64,000 nt of DNA from IMG/VR virus record IMGVR_UViG_3300037246_001677, positions 56,171 through 120,170 of that record. One strand, 5' to 3'. Every line of letters starts with the position of its first letter. Positions within the stretch are counted from its first letter, which is position 1. The notes beneath the pieces are model-generated. The model saw only the letters and a list, made by a program, of their open reading frames with translations. It was not told where the DNA came from and searched no databases. Positions 57,259 through 64,000 of this stretch are shown here, in pieces. Source of the stretch: a virus. Both the position numbers and the translations under genes were made by a program.

Positions 57259-58610
57259 ACATACTTACTGGACTAGGCTTAGTAGCCACCACTATTTTAC
57301 ATGACGACTGGGATTTAAGTGAGAAAGGTAAAAAGGATGCCGAACGACATCAAGAAAAAATTGATGATGCTATTCGGAAAAATGTCCGTGATGTTATAGG
57401 TGAAGAGTCAATCATTACTAAAAAGGGGAAACGAAAAGTTCGAGTACCTGTAAGAGGAATGAAAGATTATAGATTTGTTCACGGTGATAATAAAGGACCA
57501 ACTGCTGGTGTTGGACAAGGTGATGGAAAAGCTGGTGATATTATCGACCAGAGACCGAATCAAGATGGACAACCTGGTGAACACAAACCTGGTGAACAAC
57601 GAGGTGAAGATTATATGGAAGCAGAAGTTGATATTGACTATCTGCTCAAAATAATGTTTGAGGACCTTGGTCTTCCTTGGATTGAAGAAAAAACTACTGC
57701 CAAAAAACTTGTTCCAAAGGGTTGGAAATTCGAAACAATTTCTAAAAAGGGCATCATGCCAAGGGTTCATAAAAAAAGAACAATGATGGAGGCAGTTAAA
57801 AGAAATATCATGTTATCCGCCGCTATCATGGAAGAAACTGGAGTTGATGAACCAACATCCTATAAAGCATTAAACCAAGCATATGGCGATATAAATTATG
57901 CTATAGAACTCATTGAAAAGAATGAAGTCAATTCAGATCAAGATGCGATTGTTATCAATGAGGATGACTTAAGATTCAAACAAATTGAAGAGGACACAGA
58001 ATACCATTCAAATGCTGTAGTTATAGCAATGATGGATGTATCTTATTCAATGGGTCCAGAAAAGAAGTACTTATGTAGAAGCCTTCTTTTCTGGTTGACT
58101 GAGTTTTTAAAGAAAAGATATGACCATGTTGATATTAGATTCATTCAACATACGACAGAAGCACAAATTGTTGATGAAGATACATTCTTTCACACTCACA
58201 CAACTGGTGGTACCATGTGTTTTACTGCTTTTGAAAAAGCTAACTACATGATTGACACAGAATATCCGTTGAATGAGTGGAATGTTTACTGTATCTATGT
58301 TGGTGATGGTGAAGATTTTGATACCAAGAAAACAGTTCAACAAATTGATTTAATGATTCAGAAGAAAATCAACATGTTAGGTTATGTTGAAATTGATCTT
58401 GACCACGACGAAGATGGTTTTGGTTTTAGAAATGCAATGAGAACTCTTCTGGTACAAATTAAAAAGAAATGGAATTTTTCCCATAACCGCGAAAGAGAAA
58501 CTGATTTTTATAAAAATGAAAAGAGTAGATTTCTGTGTGCAGTTATTAGGAATAAAACTCATGTATGGCCAACCCTTAAACACTTTTTATTTGAAAAGGA
58601 GAAAAAATAA
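57255..58610 (+). CDS. yeaH: YeaH/YhbH (DUF444) vWA-domain protein
   Basis: HDDWDL..KG, GVGQGDG, FEDLGLP, EDDLRF, MMDVSYSMG (MIDAS), TGGT, GDGED. Confidence 0.92.
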   Translation: MNILTGLGLVATTILHDDWDLSEKGKKDAERHQEKIDDAIRKNVRDVIGEESIITKKGKRKVRVPVRGMKDYRFVHGDNKGPTAGVGQGDGKAGDIIDQRPNQDGQPGEHKPGEQRGEDYMEAEVDIDYLLKIMFEDLGLPWIEEKTTAKKLVPKGWKFETISKKGIMPRVHKKRTMMEAVKRNIMLSAAIMEETGVDEPTSYKALNQAYGDINYAIELIEKNEVNSDQDAIVINEDDLRFKQIEEDTEYHSNAVVIAMMDVSYSMGPEKKYLCRSLLFWLTEFLKKRYDHVDIRFIQHTTEAQIVDEDTFFHTHTTGGTMCFTAFEKANYMIDTEYPLNEWNVYCIYVGDGEDFDTKKTVQQIDLMIQKKINMLGYVEIDLDHDEDGFGFRNAMRTLLVQIKKKWNFSHNRERETDFYKNEKSRFLCAVIRNKTHVWPTLKHFLFEKEKK

Positions 58611-58828
58611 TGGAAATGTTAAACGAAAGACAATTAGAAAACGGTGACTATGTTTATGACTGTACTTTTGAAGATGGTGAGTTCAAAACTCTATTAGGGT
58701 ATACCATTGAAAAGTACTTGAAAAATGAAGCCGATGAACTGACAGAAGAAATGAATAAGCTGATGAGTTTTGCTGTGACTGGTATCCTAAGAGAACAAAT
58801 GGAAAGGGAACACGATGGAAAAAAGTGA
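58610..58828 (+). CDS. Small hypothetical protein
   Basis: Between yeaH and spoVR, coupled. Confidence 0.55.
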   Translation: MEMLNERQLENGDYVYDCTFEDGEFKTLLGYTIEKYLKNEADELTEEMNKLMSFAVTGILREQMEREHDGKK

Positions 58829-60395
58829 ACTAAAACAACTAATAAAAATAGAGGATAGAATATATCAAATTGCAGAAGAAGAAGGACTTGAGTTCTGCGA
58901 TATTGAATTTGATATTATCCCACCACAGAAAATGCTAGAGATTATGGCTTACCGAATCCCCGGTAATATTTCAAACTGGAAGTATGGACGTGACTATGAA
59001 AGACTCAGAACAATTCATGAAAAGGTTCACGCGGGACTTCCATATGAAGTAGTCATAAACTCAGACCCATCAAGAGCATACTTGATGAAAGAGAACACTT
59101 TTGCTGTTCAAGCATTAGTCATGGCTCATGTTGTTGGTCACGTTGCTTTTTTCACAATGAATAAGTACTTCGCAGATACAAATAAAGATATTATTCCATT
59201 TATGAGTGAAGCTACAAAAAGATTCAATAAGTATGAAAGAATGTATGGCATAGATCAAGTTGAAAAAATAATTGATGCCGCACATTCAATTCAGTTTCAC
59301 TCTAGTCCATTTGATAATGAAACTGAAACTGAAAAAAGAGAAAGGATTTTTAAACAAAGAAAACAACAAGCTCATACAAAAAGAACAGCGGAATTTGATG
59401 ATATTGTTCCTATTGATGAAGCCTATAAAGACATGGATATTGCTCAATTCAATCAAAGACTTTGGAGATCATTAAAACTTAAAACACCTGTTGAACCAAC
59501 AGAGGACTTGTTAAGATATGTTATTGATAATTCAACAACACTTGAAAATTGGCAGAAAGATATTCTTGAAGTACTTAGAAGAGAAGGTAGATACTTCTGG
59601 CCTCAAATGAGAACCAGATATATGAATGAAGGATTTGCAACTTATTGGCATGAAAAAATAATGGGTAGATTATTTAAAGAAGAAGCGCTAAACATAAAAG
59701 ACCATGCTCAATATAACTTTTCTAACTCACTTGTAAAAGCCTCCCATAGAACAGCTTTAAATCCATATCTTATTGGTTCTAAAATGTGGGAAGATATTGT
59801 AATGAGATATGATAAAGGTAGATACGGTAGAGATTGGGATAATTGTGAACTCAGAAAGGAAAGAGATAATTGGGACACTAAAGAAATGCGTGGCAAAGAA
59901 AAAATGTTTGAGATCGTCAGAACCCATACTGACTGGTTCTTTATGAAAGGATATTTAACCCCAGATTTGGTAGATGATTTAGAACTCTACATTTTTGTTG
60001 AAAGAGTAAACCCAGTGACAAAGGACTTAGTCATTACAAAACAAAGAGCTGAAAAGATTGCTGAAATGATTGTACTAAACTTCACTCACAGTGGTGTTCC
60101 AAAAATTGACATCGTTGATGGCAATTGGAAGCAGATGGGACATTTATATCTTGCGCATAGATGGTCCGGAGCTAATCTTAAAAGAGATTACTGTAAAAAG
60201 ACCTTACAACATATTGCAAATATTTGGGGTAAGAATGTCTATCTCGAAACAAAAGATGGTCCTAAGAAAAAACTAATATATAAAGTAGAAAGAAAAGCCA
60301 AACTTGGTGGACCAAAGACACCTTCCGGTTCTCCAAGTATTAGCAGTAGTAGCATAAATCCGGATGTTTGGTCAACAATGATCGTTTCTGAATAA
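58815..60395 (+). CDS. spoVR: SpoVR/YcgB family protein
   Basis: PYEVVINSDP, MAHVVGHVAFF, WQKDIL, YFWPQ, MNEGFATYWH, NPYLIG. Confidence 0.93.
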   Translation: MEKSELKQLIKIEDRIYQIAEEEGLEFCDIEFDIIPPQKMLEIMAYRIPGNISNWKYGRDYERLRTIHEKVHAGLPYEVVINSDPSRAYLMKENTFAVQALVMAHVVGHVAFFTMNKYFADTNKDIIPFMSEATKRFNKYERMYGIDQVEKIIDAAHSIQFHSSPFDNETETEKRERIFKQRKQQAHTKRTAEFDDIVPIDEAYKDMDIAQFNQRLWRSLKLKTPVEPTEDLLRYVIDNSTTLENWQKDILEVLRREGRYFWPQMRTRYMNEGFATYWHEKIMGRLFKEEALNIKDHAQYNFSNSLVKASHRTALNPYLIGSKMWEDIVMRYDKGRYGRDWDNCELRKERDNWDTKEMRGKEKMFEIVRTHTDWFFMKGYLTPDLVDDLELYIFVERVNPVTKDLVITKQRAEKIAEMIVLNFTHSGVPKIDIVDGNWKQMGHLYLAHRWSGANLKRDYCKKTLQHIANIWGKNVYLETKDGPKKKLIYKVERKAKLGGPKTPSGSPSISSSSINPDVWSTMIVSE

Positions 60396-60446
60396 AAAAA
60401 CCCTGTATATCCGCATAAATAACTAAGTAGATATACAGGGTTTTTT
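60395..60446 (+). terminator. Terminator with late-promoter-like CATAAATA in its 18-nt loop
   Basis: AAAAAACCCTGTATATC / GATATACAGGGTTTTTT. Confidence 0.8.
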
Positions 60447-60482
60447 ATGCCCTGAATTTATAAATTAGGGAGGGAGACAGAA

Positions 60483-62030
60483 ATGGCAATAAGGTACGAC
60501 CAACAATTTGTTAAAAGACCAAGAGAAGAACTAGAATATACACCAGAACAGATACTTGAACTTCAAAAATGCATGCAAAGTGTTAATTATTTTTTGAAGT
60601 ATATTAAAATAGTTAACCCAGACCGAGGTGAAATATTTTTCGAACCGTATGATTATCAAATCGAGCTTCTTCAAAAGTTTCAGGATCATAGATTTAATGT
60701 AGGTTTATGCTCTCGCCAATCTGGTAAAACAACTATCGTATCTGCTTACGTACTTTGGTATGCTATTTTTCATGCAGATAAAAATATAGGAATTGTATCA
60801 AATAAAGAGTCAAGTGCCAAAATGATTTTATCAAGACTCAAAAGAATGTATGAGTGCTTACCATTTTGGTTAAAACCAGGTGTTACAGAATACTCTAAAA
60901 CTTTTACTACATTTGATAATGGAACAAGAATAATTATTTCAGCAACCTCACCCGATGCCTTTCGTGGTGAGTCAATGAACCTACTATGTTGTGACGAATT
61001 TGCGTTCGTCCCAAGTGTAGCAGCTGAGGACTTCTGGGCTGCTAACTATCCCACCATTTCAGCATCCAAACAAGCAAAAATCATAATCATTTCAACTCCA
61101 AACGGTCTATTCAATATATTCCATAGAATATGGGCACAGGCCAAAGCTGGGCTAAATACTTTTGTAACCACAAAAGTAAGTTATGAAAGAGTACCAGGCA
61201 GAGACGAAGAGTGGGCTGAAGAACAAATCAAAAATCTTGGTATGCAAAAGTTCAATCAAGAATTTGCAGTTAAGTTTATTGGATCAACAAATACAGTTCT
61301 AAACTCAGAAACAATTAAAACACTTCTAGCCTCTTGGAAAGAACCAGAGTTTGTAGACTTACAAGATAGACTCAGAATTTGGGAAAAACCAGAAGAAGGA
61401 GCATCATATGTATTAGGAGTAGACCCGGCAAAAGGAACAGGAGAAAACTGGTCCACAATACAAGTTTTTAAAATAATATCCTTAAATCCAGTAAAAATGG
61501 ATCAAGTTGCAGTATTCGAACATAATCTAACAGATGTTTTTGAATTTACAGATATTGTAGATAAAACATGTCTATACTATAACGGTGCATATATAATGTG
61601 TGAAAATAATGGTGAAGGCGCTGCAGTAATTCAAAGACTATGGTGGGATATTGAAAACGAACATCTTGTCAACTCTGGTTCCAAAACAGCTAGCCTTGGT
61701 GTTAGAGCTTCAAGAACCACAAAACCAAAAGCTGTTTTACTTATGAAAAAATTGATAGAAGATGGTAGTGTAAAGTTGGTTGATAAAAACACTATTCAAC
61801 AACTTGGTTCATTTATAGAAGAAAAAAATAAGTTTTTTGGTAAAGATAAACCAGATGATTTAGTATCAGCACTTTACTGGGCATGTTATCTATTAGAAAT
61901 GGATGTTCTTGATGAAAGTTATGAATTTATTGAATCTGAGGATAACGATGACGCATGGGGAGTACTATCAGACGTTGAGGCTGATATAGATGACTGGAGA
62001 TGGTTGACCGAAACAGAAGTTTTTGGATAA
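60483..62030 (+). CDS. gp17: Terminase large subunit
   Basis: SRQSGKTT, FRGES, CDEFAFV, ISTPNG, FNQEF, LGVDPAKG, ENN, DDLVSAL. Confidence 0.96.
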   Translation: MAIRYDQQFVKRPREELEYTPEQILELQKCMQSVNYFLKYIKIVNPDRGEIFFEPYDYQIELLQKFQDHRFNVGLCSRQSGKTTIVSAYVLWYAIFHADKNIGIVSNKESSAKMILSRLKRMYECLPFWLKPGVTEYSKTFTTFDNGTRIIISATSPDAFRGESMNLLCCDEFAFVPSVAAEDFWAANYPTISASKQAKIIIISTPNGLFNIFHRIWAQAKAGLNTFVTTKVSYERVPGRDEEWAEEQIKNLGMQKFNQEFAVKFIGSTNTVLNSETIKTLLASWKEPEFVDLQDRLRIWEKPEEGASYVLGVDPAKGTGENWSTIQVFKIISLNPVKMDQVAVFEHNLTDVFEFTDIVDKTCLYYNGAYIMCENNGEGAAVIQRLWWDIENEHLVNSGSKTASLGVRASRTTKPKAVLLMKKLIEDGSVKLVDKNTIQQLGSFIEEKNKFFGKDKPDDLVSALYWACYLLEMDVLDESYEFIESEDNDDAWGVLSDVEADIDDWRWLTETEVFG

Positions 62031-62059
62031 ATAGATAAATAAAGATAAGAGGATTTAAA

Positions 62060-62896
62060 ATGGCCATCACAAAACAACAACTAGCAGAAAAAATCAAACG
62101 TAGACTTGGATATCCAATGATTAAAGTTGAACTTGATCCACAGCAAATTGATGATACCATTGATTATGCACGTGATAAATTTATTAAGTGGGCAACTGGT
62201 CAAGCAACGCAAGAAACATACTTTACTATGTTATTGTCTGCTGGTCAAAACTTTTATGATTTACCAGTTGGTGTAACTGAAGTATTATCATACAATGATA
62301 AAGGATCCTCATGGGGAATAAATACATTATTTACTATTGATAATTACTTATATAGTAGAGGAGTATTTGATCCCATCTTTTGGGGCAGTGGAAGTGATTA
62401 TAACTTAATCTCATATCACATAGCCAGAGATTTTTTAGATACCCTTTCAAGATACACACCAAGTGTTTATAATTGGAAATATCATAGATTTGAAAACCAA
62501 TTAGAAATACATCCAGTTCCTCCATCTGGAAATTCAGTTTCTGTTACAGATCAATATGGTAATCTTATAGAAGCAGACACACCTGGATATGTTTTACTAA
62601 GAGCATATATGATTGAAGCGAGTCAGTATAATAATACAGATAGAGGATGGACGCCCGAGGATAGCTTTGAGAATTTCTATACTAGTGATTGGATTTTTGA
62701 CTATGCTCTTGCAGAGTGTAAAATTATACTTGGTAGAATAAGGACTAAATTTGCACAATTTGCATCTATTGGAAATACAGGTATAGCCTTAGATGGAGAT
62801 GCTCTGCTTAGCGAGGGAATAGAGGAAAAGAGGGAATTAAAAGAGACACTTCAATTAGAGGAGGTCTGGGATGGATATGATATATCAATGGGATAA
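62060..62896 (+). CDS. gp13: Neck protein gp13-like
   Basis: RRLGYP.IKVEL...QIDD.I, WIFDYALA..K..LG..R.KF, LDG..L..EG. Confidence 0.88.
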   Translation: MAITKQQLAEKIKRRLGYPMIKVELDPQQIDDTIDYARDKFIKWATGQATQETYFTMLLSAGQNFYDLPVGVTEVLSYNDKGSSWGINTLFTIDNYLYSRGVFDPIFWGSGSDYNLISYHIARDFLDTLSRYTPSVYNWKYHRFENQLEIHPVPPSGNSVSVTDQYGNLIEADTPGYVLLRAYMIEASQYNNTDRGWTPEDSFENFYTSDWIFDYALAECKIILGRIRTKFAQFASIGNTGIALDGDALLSEGIEEKRELKETLQLEEVWDGYDISMG

Positions 62897-62908
62897 AGGA
62901 ATAAAAAA

Positions 62909-63121
62909 ATGATAGAAAAAATAGATAAGTATTTAAATGAAGGCGGTGGAAAAGTAACACCTATATTAGATGAGCTTGACGCAACATCTAAAAAATTATT
63001 AGGAATATCAAAAAAACTAATGAATAATAAGTATGATGGAGCTAAAAAACTAATGAAGCTATCTCTTGATATTCAAAGAGTTTACGAAGACCTTTATAAT
63101 AAGTACTACGAAAAAGAATAG
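62909..63121 (+). CDS. Small hypothetical protein
   Basis: MIEKIDKYLNE. Confidence 0.6.
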   Translation: MIEKIDKYLNEGGGKVTPILDELDATSKKLLGISKKLMNNKYDGAKKLMKLSLDIQRVYEDLYNKYYEKE

Positions 63122-63130
63122 GAGAATGTT

Positions 63131-63499
63131 ATGGCAAAAAATGCGTACGAAAAAATGTTTGAAGATGGAACAGCGTTTCAACCAATTAAAATAGATCAAC
63201 CCTCACCAGATAATGAACAAGGGAAATTTGGTACAGGAGCTGATACAGGAGCTGATCCAGATATTGAAGTAGATTATAGTTTATTTGACGATCATATGGA
63301 TAATATGATGAAAGAAAAAATAGAAGCAAAGAAAACAAAAGTACTCGGAGAAGAAACTCCAGTAAAATTTACTGGAGATTTATCACCACAACCTCCAGCA
63401 CAAAGCAATAAAATAGTAAGACTTGAAAAAAGAATTGAACTTCTTGAACAAGCACTCGGTCTTGTTATGGAAACTCAAACAAAACTAATGAGAGGATAA
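63131..63499 (+). CDS. Hypothetical protein
   Basis: AGGAG SD; C-terminal coiled-coil. Confidence 0.6.
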   Translation: MAKNAYEKMFEDGTAFQPIKIDQPSPDNEQGKFGTGADTGADPDIEVDYSLFDDHMDNMMKEKIEAKKTKVLGEETPVKFTGDLSPQPPAQSNKIVRLEKRIELLEQALGLVMETQTKLMRG

Positions 63500-64000
63500 T
63501 GGCAAAGGCAGCAACACAAAGACGGCCCGAATGGCAGTTATATGACATCAGTAATAATATCGAACATGACTTATTTGAGGGATATATAGCTGAGTTCACA
63601 GATATTGCTGGTATCTTTTGTGATTATTATATTAGAGATAGAAGAATAGATTTAGATACTCTTTATGGTGAATCAACTAATACTGATTATCTTACACCTA
63701 AAAGAACCAAACTAATATATGAACCAACAGAAGAACCAACTCTAACAAGAGGATTTGGTATTCATTCAGAAGAAGTAATTACATATGCTTCACTTCCAAA
63801 GTTTACTTTCACCCGTGATGTAAGTGCTGGGTACCACCCAGTCCCAGGTGATGTTATAGTAACTCCTTGGAATGATAGAGCATATGAAATTGCAGATGTT
63901 GCTGAAGAAGAACATATTTTTCAATTAAAGAAATTCATTTGGGGTTTTGTACTTAGAGCATTTAGATTTAGCGACCAATCTGATGGAACAGTTGGTATTC
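63499..64000 (+). CDS. gp14: Neck protein gp14-like (partial, runs off window)
   Basis: Open frame MAKAATQRRPEW...DTLYGES...FGI...PVPGDVI; follows gp13. Confidence 0.75.
   Translation, partial: MAKAATQRRPEWQLYDISNNIEHDLFEGYIAEFTDIAGIFCDYYIRDRRIDLDTLYGESTNTDYLTPKRTKLIYEPTEEPTLTRGFGIHSEEVITYASLPKFTFTRDVSAGYHPVPGDVIVTPWNDRAYEIADVAEEEHIFQLKKFIWGFVLRAFRFSDQSDGTVGI

Noticed and set aside
11835-62030. Inteins or introns in polymerase, helicase or terminase
   Set aside because: Lengths and motif spacing are normal; no intein C/HN boundaries or frame breaks seen.
282-62525. Numerous 60-140 aa antisense ORFs in the track
   Set aside because: Overlap well-supported genes on the opposite strand with no SD or motifs.
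1-64000. Genome-wide stop-codon reassignment (TAG or TGA)
   Set aside because: Core genes are full length in code 11 and end in TAA, TAG and TGA; only one suspicious in-frame TGA (20227) was seen.

Overview
AT-rich 64 kb segment of a large T4-like (T4-superfamily myovirus-type) phage genome, standard genetic code, no tRNA/rRNA/CRISPR seen. Left to right: (1) a translationally coupled + strand block of accessory enzymes (two ART-like paralogues, HAD nucleotidase, CCA-adding enzyme, RimK-protease fusion); (2) recombination/replication genes (uvsW, uvsY, gp41 helicase, dUTPase, family-4 UDG, family-B polymerase, SLT lysin); (3) a long - strand block with small putative head proteins, a DHH phosphoesterase, large repeat-containing structural proteins, a ~10.5 kb sugar-modification cluster and an orphan receiver-PAS protein; (4) the + strand head module (gp4, gp2, papain-like peptidase, portal, prohead protease, scaffold, major capsid, TerS, TerL, gp13, gp14) with a complete PrkA/YeaG-YeaH-SpoVR/YcgB triad inserted between TerS and TerL. 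Most notable: a probable selenoprotein gene (in-frame UGA at a Cys-like position plus SECIS-like hairpin, 20170-20436), about 28 ORFs sharing a T4-type capsid-targeting/prohead-protease N-terminal tag (a putative injected enzyme arsenal), the PrkA-YeaH-SpoVR triad in the packaging locus, and a 79-aa protein built from three major-capsid motifs. All functional calls come from motif recognition by eye; no database searches were run.
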